Assembly: GCA_965237675.1 (NCBI GenBank)
Contig: OZ250150.1
Coordinates: 5,540,659 to 5,604,658 of the forward strand
Direction of reading: 5' to 3'
Source of the DNA: Candidatus Latescibacterota bacterium
GTDB lineage: Bacteria > Latescibacterota > UBA2968 > GCA-2709665
Length of the DNA stretch: 64,000 nt
Below the pieces are notes generated by a model, which worked only from the letters and a program-made list of their open reading frames with translations, was not told the origin of the DNA and ran no database searches. The position numbers were made by a program, and so were the translations under genes. Below are positions 46,220 through 57,461 of this stretch, in pieces (position 1 is the stretch's first letter; each line of letters opens with the position of its first letter).

Positions 46220-49200
46220 TCATCGGTACACGATCAACCGTTCCTTCTCGCGCACCCGTTTCTGGCCATCATCCGCGGTAACCGTATAGAGGTAAACTCC
46301 ATTGGCCGGCAGGTGCCCGTCAGCATCCCTTCCATCCCATCGAACCTGATTATATCCGGCCCGTCCCGGCAACCCCTCCAGAATACGGATCAGACGCCCC
46401 GAAAGGGTATAGATACGGATGCTCACTTCCGCCGGACGGGACAGAATGTATGTAAAATCCGTCGCTTCCGCGGTCGGATTGGGCACGTTCAGCACCCGTT
46501 CGATCGCAAGGTCGGACGAAACCTGGAATGCGATGGACTTCTGAGCAGGCCCGTTGCCCAGTTGATCCAGCCCTGAAACCGAAAGTTCATAGCGGCCGTC
46601 ATCAAGGCGCGGAGAATAGGTGAAACGTAACGAGGTCCTATCCTCGTTCCGATCCACCACACGATCCGAAACCAGTCCCTCAGAGATTTCATCTTCCGAT
46701 CCGGTCAGAACGAGGCGCACGGATCCGCCGTCGATACCGCTCGTATCTCGAAATACGACCGAGAACTTCGGCGTCGACGGCAGGAAATCATCCGCCCGGA
46801 CCTCGCCCGCGGCGTCCAGCGCGACCAGTTCGACTTCGGGACCGACCTGATCATCGCTCGGATGGACCTCAACGGCCTCGTCGGCTGTCGTCTCTCTCAC
46901 GTAAAAACTCCGACCGCCCGAGAGATCCTCCAACCGGGCCGTAACAACATTCGTTCCGGCAAACCTTGCGGTATTCCAGACCAGGGACGCGGACGCCGTT
47001 TCGCCGACAGGGGTTTCTTCCGGAACTGACGCGCGTCCGATCAGCCGGCCGCCCTCCGGCGCGCCGCTGTAAAATGCCACCACACCGCCGGGAACCAGAT
47101 CTAAGGGTCCCCTGTTCCGGACCTGGACGGTCAGCCGAACCGGTTCCAGTTCTTCAACTTCCAGGGGGGACGCCCGCAACCCGAAGAGGACCAGATCCGA
47201 CTGCGGCCGGTACCGCACCTGCCAACCCGTCAATGCGGCGGACGGCCCCAGTCCGTCTCCCGACAGCCGAACCCGGATCCGGATACGATTTGCTTTCAGG
47301 TCGCCCAGGTTGATCTCGCCATCCGGCGCGAGGCCTGTCCATTCCGCAAGGGGTGCGAACCCGCCGGAGGGAGCCTCGCCAAGAATGTCCACGACCGCCC
47401 GGCCGCCGGGCGCCTCTCGAACGTCAAGAGTCAGCCCGTGCCAGGCGCCGGCGGGACCGATCGGCTCCGACGTCAAACTTCCATACGGCGGCAGCGTTTT
47501 CCCCGCGTACCGGTAGACCATCGGACCGTTGAGTTGACCCAGCCAGACTTTGTTATTGATCCAGTCGTACTGACCGGTTAAAATGTCGGTCTCGAACTGA
47601 TCGCTCTGGTACTCTTCGATAAATCGCCCGGTTCGGGCATCCACGACGCGAACCCGATGGGTTGATCCGGTACCGAATTCAATCAGATAGAGATACCTTC
47701 CGTCCGCGATAACCCCGTCCGTAAAGAGATAGGCAAACCCGGTCTCCGTCGGCGCCACGGTAAATTCACGCTCCAGGCGCCAGCCGTCCGACGGATCGAA
47801 CACGCGAACGGACCACCCCGCGCGCTGTACACCATCCACCGCCGCCGCCAGATTGTAAATGTAAGTACCGTCCGACGTAATCAGCGAGTGGCCATCAAAT
47901 ACAAACCCGGTACGGAACTCCATCAGCCCGTCCGGCACCCGCACGCGATCCACGACCCCCGTTGCCGGCGCAACGCGCACCAGTTCGCGCCCCCTGCCAT
48001 CGTCAGCATAGATAAATCCATCGCCGTGATAGGTTGCCGAAACGCCAAGAACGGGCGTCTCCGAAAGCGCGGCGTGATTCTGTCCCGCCCGCGTGCCCCC
48101 AAGCCCCGTCCCGATCCGCTCGAATACATCGGTCCCCGGATAAACCGCCGTTGGAGAATAGAACCGGTTCACGTAGAGGTAGGTGCCATCCGTACACAAA
48201 ACGCCCGTGCCGCGGACGCCCTCGGCCTCGAACGCCTCTTCCCGCGTGTCCGCGTTCAATCGCAACGGAGGCGGATCGACGACCCGTGAAATCGCTCCGT
48301 CAGCCATGCGCACGTCTGCGGAGGTGCCCCATCGGATGGCATTGCCGGCCCCCTGGCGCCACAGGACCTCCCGCGCGGGTGCGGTGGACTGCGCCGTGAA
48401 TTCCATGGTGGCGGACCACGCCCCGAACTCCTCACCGTCTCTCAATCGAGACCGCCAGAAGTACGTTCCGGGCGCCACCTCCGGCAGCTTCCACAACACG
48501 AGCCCGGCGGGACCCGAGACGGGTCCGGAACGGATCACACCCGGCCCGTCGAACGCCGGCGAACCACTCACCTCGAACTCCCCGTGCACTTCCTGCGCGC
48601 CGGCGCCCGGGCGCACCGCCAACCGCACCCCCGAAGCGGGCACCACCTGGCTCTGGCGCGGCATCGTGGGGACGGCCGACAGACTCCCGACCACGTCCAA
48701 CTCGACCTCCACGTGGTTGTTGGCTTCATCCAACTCCGGAATCTCATCGGAAGGATCCACGGTAAGCGCCAGCAGATGCCTGCCTGCCCGTCCCGCCAAC
48801 CGCCACATCACCGCGGTGCTGTCCGACTGCCCGAAGGCGGGGAAATAGCCGGTAAACAACGTATCCACTTCCCCCCGATCCAGATTGCGATCCACCAGAA
48901 CAACCTCGGGCCCCGCACGCGGGGTAATCCCGATGTTCTCGATCCGGATCGCGACCCGCACTGAATCTTCGACGGTCAACTGACCGGTGCGCTCGACTTT
49001 CAGGCTTTCCGAGTCCAGTGAGAAATCCGGGTTGGGCAATATGGCCAGTTCCTGGGCGGGGTCTCCAATCAACTGCATGCCAAGGGTAAGCGTTTCCAGA
49101 TCGGGGAACCGTGTATCCAGGGCTGCCTTGGCAAGGGTCAGGCCGGTTCCGAACCGCCGGATGCCGTCTTTGAAATACGCTGCAAACAAACGATCGTTCA

Positions 49201-51979
49201 GGAAATCATTGCTTATCACGGCCGCGAGCGTTGAGGCCGAGATATAAGCGATCGCGCCGCCATCCGCCTTCTTGGTCACCTCCTCCGCGAGGCACGTAAA
49301 CCTGGGATCCGAGAATTGCCCGTTCAGACAGGACAACGCCACCACAATCGGCAATCGATCCGCATTGACGATCTGCCGCATATAGTCATAGCCGCGCTCC
49401 TGGTATTCCCCCCTTAAGAACCTGGCCATGCTCGCAACGCTTCCGTGTCCCAGGAAATTCACCAGCAGCCGACCCTCGTTGATCTGCCGGATCACCTCGC
49501 CCGTATCCTCATTGGGTTCAACACCAACATCCCTGTCGTTGTATACCTTAAAGGACTCCAGGCCGAGCGGCTCGGTGTAGTTTGCCGACAACCGATCACT
49601 GGGGGCCGTAAAGATCGATAGAGGATCGTAGTTGGCCATAAACAGCACCCGGTCCCGCCACCGGGCAGGGGGCGCCTGGTCATACGACACGATCTTTTGC
49701 ACAATGACGGCCGCCTCGCGGCGAGTGACGACGGAAAGCCGGCCGACAAAAATATCCTGGAACAGATCCTCGTCCAAACCCGCCACAGATCCAAAGAAAT
49801 GGTCCGTATATGCCAGCCCCCGTTTTACGGACTGGAAGGGAAGCGCGGGCACGTAAGCCCGCCGCCCCAGTTCGGCCCTATCGAAGTGGTCCCGGTAGTC
49901 GAAACTATCCCGGCCGAATAACAGAAGATAGGTCGGTCGCCGAGCCCAGTTTTCGAAGGCATAGCGCATGAATTGACGGATCGCTTGCGGCTCGAACTGC
50001 CCGAAAGCGAACGCGTCGTAAATCTCGGTGACGTCGACCACCTGTACCGCCAACCCCTGTCCGCGCCGGTGTTCCGCCAGGCGTTCCGCCGCTTCCCGAA
50101 ACCGCGGATGGACGATAATCACATAGTCGGCCCCCTCCTGCCCGAACCCCGGCACCTCCGCGGCCTCCGCGGCGGGCGCCCTCCGGATGGCTTCCGAATC
50201 CATCGCGACAAAACGCCCGACCACGGCCGACAGTTCGAATTGGGCTTGAAATCCCATATCACCGGGCGTCATCTGAACGTGCTGGAACTTCCGGTCACCG
50301 GAAACGTCGTAGATGGACACGTCGTCCGTACGAAAACCCGTAATCGAGAACGTTTGCCCCGCGGCGGTTTCATCCGGCTCGAATACCAGCGTGCCCTCAA
50401 GCGCTTCAAACCGCCGGGGATATGCGATATCTACCCAGTTGAGCAACACCGACTCGATGTAGTCATTCGGGAAATCCTCCGCTCCAGGTGTGGCGAGGGT
50501 TACCCGACTCGTGTCGCCCAGTTCAGACACCGGCACCTCCCCTTCGGCGATGAACGCGCGTTTTCCATCCCATCTGTCGTCGGCCACAATCGTGCCGTTC
50601 GAAAGCCGCACAACCGTATGGTGATCGGGTTCGAACAGGCGTCTGAATGTCAACGCGTGCATCCCCACCCGAACGCGGGCCACTGTTCCCGCGGTGTGGT
50701 CCAGCCCCGGCAGTGGAACGGGTACGGTCACCGGAAACGCACCGACGTTCTGGAGACTCGTACCGGGCCTGCCCGGCGATCCGGTTCGCCCCCAGTACCA
50801 GTGGTCCCGATTTGCGTCAGGCGCGTCTCCCAGCGGATCGTAAAGCGAATCGACCTCGGCGTGCGCCCTGTGCGTGAACCGAAGGGCCGGTGGGTATCCG
50901 TTCCGGGGCGACCCGTCCACCCCCTCAAATCGCCGGCCGGGTCTGCCGTCCAGCGAGAGCCAGTACACGTGTTCCCGTCCCAGTTCGTTCTCGAAGTCCC
51001 GATCCGGCGCGCGTCTATACTCGCCATAGAAAATCACGCCCTCACCCTCGTCCAACACACCATCTCCATCGTCCTGCACGTCCAGGGGCACCTCCCGACC
51101 GTTCAGGAAAAGCTTCAAACGCTCCAGATCGCCCGGATGAAGGGCGATGCCCGCATCGGTAAACCAGCTCGCGTCCAGCCGATACAGGCCGTCCTCCCGT
51201 ATCCGGATCTTGTCATATTCGGCCGCCGGATCCAGACCCTCCGCGATCCGGAGCTTCCGCAGCCCGTCGCGCCGTTCGGCACGGCCCCGCCATCCCCGCG
51301 CCTGTTCCGCATTCAACAACGCCGTTCGGTAGAGGTCCTCGAATCCACCGCCCGTGCCCTCATCCGTCGACCGGACCCTGATGGACGGCTCGTCGCGCAC
51401 AAACCGCACGCGCACCCGCATCCTGCGCGCAATGCGCAACTGTCGCCGCGCCGGATTGTACTGGATGGGTCTTAACGAAACTCCGGCCACCCGCTGATCC
51501 CGCATGACACCGGTCCGGGTGACCGCGGCCCGTTGTTCGGGATAAAACCCGTCGTGCTCGTAAAAATCCGCGTCCGGCTCGTAGACCTCTACCGCGGTCT
51601 GGGATGGCCCCCGTCCCACCGGTCGGGACCGCGGCACCGGCATCAGCAGCACCCCGGAAATCTCGTCGTACTCGGCCTCCACAACCGTAACCGCCACCCG
51701 CGTTCCGTAAGGCACGCCCAGGAGCGCACCTCGCACCGGCACGGCAGGACGTCCGGGTTCGGGCAACCACATGCCCCCCGGCAGCACGACCTGATCGTAG
51801 GCCACACCCTCAAGATGGGCCGTGCGAAGCTGATAGTCCGATCCGTCGACCTCGATCTCCACCCCATCCTCTCCCGCCCACACGAGTCGTGGCTCGCCTC
51901 TGTAAGCCGCTGGCGCCCCGTCCGGGATCATCAGCATCAGAGAACAAATCGCACAAACCTGTAAAAAACGCGCAACCAT
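46220..51979 (-). CDS. C25 (gingipain-family) cysteine peptidase, PorU/T9SS-sortase-like, with propeptide, CARDB domains and FlgD-Ig CTD
   Basis: Signal peptide; PGRPAVP...PIQYNP propeptide; ADYVII, IYDAF, DIFVGRL, NFLGHGS (His) and LSCLNG (Cys); C-terminal DTSGID...DDGRYEL...VLNVPNP...WDGRDADG...NGVYLY. Confidence 0.85.
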   Translation of the reverse strand: MVARFLQVCAICSLMLMIPDGAPAAYRGEPRLVWAGEDGVEIEVDGSDYQLRTAHLEGVAYDQVVLPGGMWLPEPGRPAVPVRGALLGVPYGTRVAVTVVEAEYDEISGVLLMPVPRSRPVGRGPSQTAVEVYEPDADFYEHDGFYPEQRAAVTRTGVMRDQRVAGVSLRPIQYNPARRQLRIARRMRVRVRFVRDEPSIRVRSTDEGTGGGFEDLYRTALLNAEQARGWRGRAERRDGLRKLRIAEGLDPAAEYDKIRIREDGLYRLDASWFTDAGIALHPGDLERLKLFLNGREVPLDVQDDGDGVLDEGEGVIFYGEYRRAPDRDFENELGREHVYWLSLDGRPGRRFEGVDGSPRNGYPPALRFTHRAHAEVDSLYDPLGDAPDANRDHWYWGRTGSPGRPGTSLQNVGAFPVTVPVPLPGLDHTAGTVARVRVGMHALTFRRLFEPDHHTVVRLSNGTIVADDRWDGKRAFIAEGEVPVSELGDTSRVTLATPGAEDFPNDYIESVLLNWVDIAYPRRFEALEGTLVFEPDETAAGQTFSITGFRTDDVSIYDVSGDRKFQHVQMTPGDMGFQAQFELSAVVGRFVAMDSEAIRRAPAAEAAEVPGFGQEGADYVIIVHPRFREAAERLAEHRRGQGLAVQVVDVTEIYDAFAFGQFEPQAIRQFMRYAFENWARRPTYLLLFGRDSFDYRDHFDRAELGRRAYVPALPFQSVKRGLAYTDHFFGSVAGLDEDLFQDIFVGRLSVVTRREAAVIVQKIVSYDQAPPARWRDRVLFMANYDPLSIFTAPSDRLSANYTEPLGLESFKVYNDRDVGVEPNEDTGEVIRQINEGRLLVNFLGHGSVASMARFLRGEYQERGYDYMRQIVNADRLPIVVALSCLNGQFSDPRFTCLAEEVTKKADGGAIAYISASTLAAVISNDFLNDRLFAAYFKDGIRRFGTGLTLAKAALDTRFPDLETLTLGMQLIGDPAQELAILPNPDFSLDSESLKVERTGQLTVEDSVRVAIRIENIGITPRAGPEVVLVDRNLDRGEVDTLFTGYFPAFGQSDSTAVMWRLAGRAGRHLLALTVDPSDEIPELDEANNHVEVELDVVGSLSAVPTMPRQSQVVPASGVRLAVRPGAGAQEVHGEFEVSGSPAFDGPGVIRSGPVSGPAGLVLWKLPEVAPGTYFWRSRLRDGEEFGAWSATMEFTAQSTAPAREVLWRQGAGNAIRWGTSADVRMADGAISRVVDPPPLRLNADTREEAFEAEGVRGTGVLCTDGTYLYVNRFYSPTAVYPGTDVFERIGTGLGGTRAGQNHAALSETPVLGVSATYHGDGFIYADDGRGRELVRVAPATGVVDRVRVPDGLMEFRTGFVFDGHSLITSDGTYIYNLAAAVDGVQRAGWSVRVFDPSDGWRLEREFTVAPTETGFAYLFTDGVIADGRYLYLIEFGTGSTHRVRVVDARTGRFIEEYQSDQFETDILTGQYDWINNKVWLGQLNGPMVYRYAGKTLPPYGSLTSEPIGPAGAWHGLTLDVREAPGGRAVVDILGEAPSGGFAPLAEWTGLAPDGEINLGDLKANRIRIRVRLSGDGLGPSAALTGWQVRYRPQSDLVLFGLRASPLEVEELEPVRLTVQVRNRGPLDLVPGGVVAFYSGAPEGGRLIGRASVPEETPVGETASASLVWNTARFAGTNVVTARLEDLSGGRSFYVRETTADEAVEVHPSDDQVGPEVELVALDAAGEVRADDFLPSTPKFSVVFRDTSGIDGGSVRLVLTGSEDEISEGLVSDRVVDRNEDRTSLRFTYSPRLDDGRYELSVSGLDQLGNGPAQKSIAFQVSSDLAIERVLNVPNPTAEATDFTYILSRPAEVSIRIYTLSGRLIRILEGLPGRAGYNQVRWDGRDADGHLPANGVYLYTVTADDGQKRVREKERLIVYR

Positions 51980-51990
51980 GGATACGATAC

Positions 51991-53658
51991 CTACTCGTTT
52001 TCGAGCTTCAATTCCCTGATTCCGCCCCTGTCGAAAATCACCACGCGGCTTCCACGCACCGGCTCGAGTACAACCTCAGCCTCTCTGAGACCGTGAATCC
52101 GTACTTCGCCCCACGTCCTCTTTATGGTACCGGGAAGCAACCGCTTGCCGTCCGCCGCATAAAACGTCCTGACATCGTCCTGCCGATGTACGGAAAAATA
52201 ACCGCCGTTTTTTATGTCGATCCGCCAGTGCATCGGACCCAGCCGCTTCACGTCGCTCTCAAATCCGTCGGAATCCGTAAGCCAGCAGTGATTCACGGCA
52301 ACCGCCGGCGTTCCAACCCCGGCGCGCACCGCCGTCGCGCTGCTCAGCCCGAATGAGAACAATGGTATTTCTCCGAGGCTGCCCGCCGGGCTCAAGGCCG
52401 AAGGCACGTTCAACACGTAGACCGCTCCGCTGCTTTCTTTCGTAAGCGGCGCCAACGCATCGAGGACATTTTCGCTCAAGACCGACGCGTCCCGCCAGAA
52501 GACTCCCTCCCGGGCAAGCACCAGCCCATAATATCCAATCAACGTAGCCATAAGAAAATTCCGACACCACAGAACCACCCGGCGATTCGGCTGCCAGCTC
52601 GTCCAGACATTCGCAACCGCAATGCAGAAGAATACGGAAGGCAGATAGAGGTACCAACGGTGAACCCTTCCCAGAACGGGCACCAGGCTGGCCACGGTCA
52701 TTCCACCCAGATACAACGTGTCCCGCAATACCTCGCGCGGCCGGCCCGACACCCAGAACACGCCGGCGGTCGCCACCAGCAGAACGACGCCGAAAAGACG
52801 GTAATCCGTCATCCCCAACTTGGCTCCGGACTTGAGAACGTCCAGGCCAAGCCCCGTTGCCGCCAGATTCCGTACCGGAATCCCTGAAAATATCCCCCCA
52901 AGTACCATCCAACGGGCACACAGGTAGACTACCACGGTCACGAGGCAGAACGCCAGAGCCCGCCGTGCTTCCGGTGCGCGGAATGTTCGGCCATAGAAAC
53001 AAAGGATCAGAAGCACGCCCGGCAGCGACAGCGCCATCTCTTTCGAAAAAAGCGCCAACAGGAAACACAGGCTTCCACCCGCCAGCAATCCCGGAGTCGG
53101 ACGAGCCTGGTAGTCCAGAAACAGAAGCAGCGCCGACAGATAGAACAGCGTGCATACAGAATCCGTACGGCCCACGATCCAGAATATCGTATCCGTGTGA
53201 ACGGGCAGCACGTGAAAAAGAAGGAGCGCTATCCAGGCGGACAATGCCCCGGCCAGCAGCCGCCGCGCCAGCAGATAAACCAGAATGCCACAAAGGACGT
53301 GAATCAACACGTTGCCAACGTGGTAGAGCACGGGTTCGTATTCCACGAACAGAAACGTCGCGTACAGCGACAGTGTGACAACCGGACGATAATATCCCCC
53401 GGCGCCCGCGATCCCGGTCCAGCCGGTGGTCAGTATGGGTTGAATACCCTCCACGCACAAACGGAGGTGTCCCCAGTCGTCGTCGAGCAACGACACACCC
53501 GAAGATAGCCAGAAGAGCAGGACGGTGATCAACCCGAACCCCAGGCAAGCGGTGCAGATCCACCCGGTGGAACCGTGCTCCCGCAAGGCGACCCCGCAAT
53601 AAAAAAACCGGCGTACGGCCAGCCCCGTCCTTTGGACAAGAGGGTTCGGACGGTCCAA
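51991..53658 (-). CDS. GT-C-fold membrane glycosyltransferase (PMT/TMTC-like, no TPR)
   Basis: LDDD, YYRPV, YHVGNVLIH, PVHTDTIFWIVGR and LFSKE motifs; many TM helices. Start uncertain. Confidence 0.7.
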   Translation of the reverse strand: MDRPNPLVQRTGLAVRRFFYCGVALREHGSTGWICTACLGFGLITVLLFWLSSGVSLLDDDWGHLRLCVEGIQPILTTGWTGIAGAGGYYRPVVTLSLYATFLFVEYEPVLYHVGNVLIHVLCGILVYLLARRLLAGALSAWIALLLFHVLPVHTDTIFWIVGRTDSVCTLFYLSALLLFLDYQARPTPGLLAGGSLCFLLALFSKEMALSLPGVLLILCFYGRTFRAPEARRALAFCLVTVVVYLCARWMVLGGIFSGIPVRNLAATGLGLDVLKSGAKLGMTDYRLFGVVLLVATAGVFWVSGRPREVLRDTLYLGGMTVASLVPVLGRVHRWYLYLPSVFFCIAVANVWTSWQPNRRVVLWCRNFLMATLIGYYGLVLAREGVFWRDASVLSENVLDALAPLTKESSGAVYVLNVPSALSPAGSLGEIPLFSFGLSSATAVRAGVGTPAVAVNHCWLTDSDGFESDVKRLGPMHWRIDIKNGGYFSVHRQDDVRTFYAADGKRLLPGTIKRTWGEVRIHGLREAEVVLEPVRGSRVVIFDRGGIRELKLENE

Positions 53659-53768
53659 CGCCAGTTGAATAACGTTCAGATATGCAGATATTGAAGAACG
53701 GGCCGTGCGCCTGTGGGATCGCTCTGACCTTCACCACGACCCGCACGCCCGGATTGGCCCTCGCTCTG

Positions 53769-54743
53769 CTACGACTCGAAATGACTGATAATACGCCGAA
53801 GGGTGTTGTCGAGGCTCATCTTGGGTTCGTAGTCCACGAAAGACCTGATTTTCGAGAGATCCGGCACCCGGTAGTTCAGGTCTTCGTAGGATCCCTTTGC
53901 AAATGCCTTGTCGTAAGGCACGAATACGATCGGCGCGTCGCTCTCCGTCAGTGTCTTGACCTTATGCGCTAAATTGATGATGCTGGTTTCGTTGGTCTCG
54001 ACATTACCGCCCAAATTGAAGATTTCGCCCGGCGCATCGGGATGTTCGGCCAGTGCAACAAGGCCGTCCAGTGCATCTTCGACATCGGTAAAACAGCGCC
54101 GTTGTTCCCCATTACCGTAAACCGTAATTGGATGACCCAGGAGCGCCTGCTTGACCATTCGGGGCACGACCATGCCATAGTCGCCGGTCTGCCTGGGGCC
54201 GATCACGTTGAAGAACCGCACAATCAGCATAGGCAGCTTCTTTTCCCGCCAATAGGACAGGCCCAGCATCTCGTCCACCGCCTTCGTCGTGGAATAGATC
54301 CAGCGGTCGACGGTAATAGGCCCAAGCAGCCGATCGTCGTTCTCCTGGAAAGAAACCTTGCCGTTCTTCTTGCCGTACACCTCCGAGGTCGATGCAAGCA
54401 TGACGCGCTTTTTATCTTTATTGGCAAGTTCAAGGACGATTTCGGTGCCCCGGATATTGGTTGTCAGGGAATGCAGCGGATTGTCGATAATATAATTTAC
54501 GCCCACCGCAGCAGCCAGGTGATAGATCGTATCGCACCACTCCACCAGCGGACGCAACGTTTCCGCCTCCAGAATCGTGCCAACCTTTATGTTGAACCGC
54601 GGGTTGGACTCCAGGTGGTGGATATTGTTGTAATCTCCGGTGGACAAATCGTCCAGCACGGAAACCTCGTCACCTCGTCTCAAGTGCCGTTCGGCCAGAT
54701 GTGAACCTATAAACCCCGCCCCGCCGGTAATCAACACCTTCAT
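53769..54743 (-). CDS. NAD-dependent nucleotide-sugar epimerase/dehydratase
   Basis: ITGGAGFIGSHL, ASTSEVYG, YSTTK (YxxxK), RFFNVIGPRQ. Confidence 0.93.
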   Translation of the reverse strand: MKVLITGGAGFIGSHLAERHLRRGDEVSVLDDLSTGDYNNIHHLESNPRFNIKVGTILEAETLRPLVEWCDTIYHLAAAVGVNYIIDNPLHSLTTNIRGTEIVLELANKDKKRVMLASTSEVYGKKNGKVSFQENDDRLLGPITVDRWIYSTTKAVDEMLGLSYWREKKLPMLIVRFFNVIGPRQTGDYGMVVPRMVKQALLGHPITVYGNGEQRRCFTDVEDALDGLVALAEHPDAPGEIFNLGGNVETNETSIINLAHKVKTLTESDAPIVFVPYDKAFAKGSYEDLNYRVPDLSKIRSFVDYEPKMSLDNTLRRIISHFES

Positions 54744-55963
54744 ACGTACGTCCCTTCCCAGCAGTTTCCCGGAGAACCGCCCCCGGCCCGCTTGTTTTCG
54801 GATAGCTTACGATAGAGGTGGTTGAAATCTTTCGCCAATCGTGTCAACCCGTAGCATTCAACGATTTTTTGCCTCGCTTCAGCGGAAATTTCCCGCCGCT
54901 CCCGTAAACCCCGCAGCATCGCTCCGGCAAGCGCAACGGAGTCGCCGGGAGCAACCATCAGGCCAATCCGTTCGCTCCGCAGAAAATCAGGCACCCCACC
55001 CACACGAGTCGCAACGACGTAACATCCGGATGCCGCCGCCTCCAGTAACGCCACCGGCAACCCCTCATGATATGAAGATAACACGGACAAATCGAGCGCG
55101 CCGTATATTCGCGCCATATCGTTCCGGAAGCCTGTAAACCGTACCCGGTCTTCAAGGTTTCGCGCACGCACAATGGTTTCGAGTTCGGGCCGCAGTTCCC
55201 CGTCGCCAACGACAACAAACCGGACATCCGGCAACGCCCCGGCCACGTGATCGGCGGCAGACAGGAAGATGTCGACGCCCTTTATGGGCACAAGCCGCGC
55301 CACAATGCCGACAAGCCGCGTCGAATCGCCGAACCCCAGTTCATCGCGGAAGCCCGCGTCGCCCCGCCGCTGGTTAAGGAACGGCTCGAGGTCCACACCC
55401 AGCGGAACGGTACGAATGCGGGAAGGCGCCGCAATACGATCCGCCAACAGTTCGTCCCGCTGCCGTTCCGTGATGGCGACAATGACATCGGTTCGGAAGG
55501 CCAGGAGCCTTTCCACAAGGACGATCAGGCGGGTCTTCCAGGCTGAAAAATAGCCCTTGAAGACCAGACCGTGAAACGTATGCAGCGTTACCGGAACGCC
55601 GGCCAGCCACGCCGCCACACGACCGAGCACACCTGCTTTCGACTTATGGGTGTGGACAATATGAGGACGCACACGCCTCAATAGCCGATATAGCGCAACC
55701 AGCGCCATGAAATCCCGGATCGGAACAATCGACCGGCTGAACCCGTGGACCTCCAGGGGTTGAATTCCCGAGCGGCGGATGACGTCTTCCATCTCGGCTT
55801 CGCCGGGTGCCACCTGCCCTTTGACGACAAGCGAGCGACAACCCCGGAGTTCCAACGCTTTGGAGAGAAAAAGCAGATAGGGCGTTGGACCGCCAATATT
55901 CAAACGATCGATAATCTGAACCAGATGAACAGGTGTTTGCGCGTCAGAAGAATCCGCAAGCAA
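54740..55963 (-). CDS. Glycosyltransferase family 4
   Basis: RLNIGGP, HTHKSKAG, ARLVPIKG, SYHEGLPVALLEA. Confidence 0.92.
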   Translation of the reverse strand: MLADSSDAQTPVHLVQIIDRLNIGGPTPYLLFLSKALELRGCRSLVVKGQVAPGEAEMEDVIRRSGIQPLEVHGFSRSIVPIRDFMALVALYRLLRRVRPHIVHTHKSKAGVLGRVAAWLAGVPVTLHTFHGLVFKGYFSAWKTRLIVLVERLLAFRTDVIVAITERQRDELLADRIAAPSRIRTVPLGVDLEPFLNQRRGDAGFRDELGFGDSTRLVGIVARLVPIKGVDIFLSAADHVAGALPDVRFVVVGDGELRPELETIVRARNLEDRVRFTGFRNDMARIYGALDLSVLSSYHEGLPVALLEAAASGCYVVATRVGGVPDFLRSERIGLMVAPGDSVALAGAMLRGLRERREISAEARQKIVECYGLTRLAKDFNHLYRKLSENKRAGGGSPGNCWEGTYV

Positions 55964-56294
55964 ACCGGCTCCGCAGGAGGAATCGCCATGATCGGGTTGG
56001 ATAAACAGGCTCCGGCGCCGGAATCAGCCTCTCAAATATAAACACCCAAGCGTAAACCGGCAATGTAAAAGTGATTTTGTAAGTGCAAGTGAATCGTGTA
56101 GATACGCGCGCCTGACTCAGGCGATGAAGACGCCTTTCCCCGCGCGAGGCGCCTTTACCTCCGGACCGGAGAACCCGTTTTGCGTTCTCCATCGGCCGCG
56201 CGCGCCCCGACCGGCGAGGGACGGTCCGGCCCCTCGGGAGCGCTACGCTTCCGTTGCGCAGCCTCGAGACCAGACCTGAACCGGCGGCGGATGC

Positions 56295-57383
56295 TCAGGC
56301 GTCCGCCATGGCCACCGAACTCAGGATCCGCAACAGGCGCAGGCTACTTCGCTCCAGGGAAAAACACGCTTCCATTTTTCTGCGTCCGGCCTCGCCCATC
56401 CGATGCCGAAGCGCCCGATCCAGGATCAGCCGTTCCAGACAGGAAACCCACTCGCCGTGCGAGCTTGGGCAGAATCCGTTGACACCGTCTTCCACGATTT
56501 CCCTGTTTATTCCCACCGGGCTGCTCACAGCCGGAATTCCCATCGAGAGGTATTGCAGAAGCTTGTACCCTCCCTTTCCCCGCGTCCAGGGATCGTCGGG
56601 CAGGGGCATCAGGCCGATATCGAAGCTGCGCAGATCCCGAACCTCGGTTTCCAGAGACCAGGGGCGCCACTCCACCGGCAAAGCGTCCGTCTGAAACCCC
56701 CCCTCGCCAATCAGACAGAGTCGGAGATGGGGATGCCGGTCGCCCAATTCAGCCAGGGGGCCCCGGATCAGTTCCAGATAGGGGGCCGACGTGAAGCTGC
56801 CAATCCAGCCCAGAACCACTTCGCTGCAGCCATCGGCATCTCTGCCGGGGGAATACCGCCCCGTATCGATCGGCCCCGTGATGATCGATACCTCCGGGCA
56901 GTATCGTTCGGCATAAGCGGCTGTGTACTCATTTTCGACGATAACCCTGCCTGCCGCCCGGAGCATCTTCGCCAAACCTCGCGAGTGGTGCCACGTTCGG
57001 AGCCGTGCCATCCAGTTTTCGTCGGGTGACTCGGTGGTAAAAATCGCGTCGTCAAAATCGAAGATGACCTTCCGTGAAAAAATTCGTAACAGCCTGGCAA
57101 TCGGCGCGCAGAAAAAAACCCGCTGCACAAACACCACGTGGTACCGAGGCGCAAACCGGAGGGTGCACAGCCCCACCCGGAGTGAGCGCCACCACACCCA
57201 GATATAGTGGATCAGACGACCGAACCCTCTCCTTGAGTATGTCCAGGTGGATATCCGATCGGACAATACAACCGCCACGTCGGCCTGCACCCCATTGGCT
57301 CTCAGGAAGGGCAGGTAGTCAAACACGCGTGTACGGCTTGCCGCAAACCGGGGTCCGGTGAGTGCGACAAAAAAAACCCTCAA
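56295..57383 (-). CDS. Glycosyltransferase family 4
   Basis: IFDFDDAIF, GWIGS, DIGLMPL...GKGGYKLLQY...PVGINREIV. Confidence 0.9.
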   Translation of the reverse strand: MRVFFVALTGPRFAASRTRVFDYLPFLRANGVQADVAVVLSDRISTWTYSRRGFGRLIHYIWVWWRSLRVGLCTLRFAPRYHVVFVQRVFFCAPIARLLRIFSRKVIFDFDDAIFTTESPDENWMARLRTWHHSRGLAKMLRAAGRVIVENEYTAAYAERYCPEVSIITGPIDTGRYSPGRDADGCSEVVLGWIGSFTSAPYLELIRGPLAELGDRHPHLRLCLIGEGGFQTDALPVEWRPWSLETEVRDLRSFDIGLMPLPDDPWTRGKGGYKLLQYLSMGIPAVSSPVGINREIVEDGVNGFCPSSHGEWVSCLERLILDRALRHRMGEAGRRKMEACFSLERSSLRLLRILSSVAMADA

Positions 57384-57461
57384 GGCAGGAAAACTCCTTC
57401 AATATAAACACGAGATTCTCGGGAATCAATGGAAAACGGCGCATTTGCGGGGAACCCGCCA

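Noticed and set aside
52259-53746. 495-aa minus-strand ORF overlapping the GT-C gene
   Set aside because: Alternative frame, Arg/Gly-rich with no motifs; the other frame has clear family signatures.
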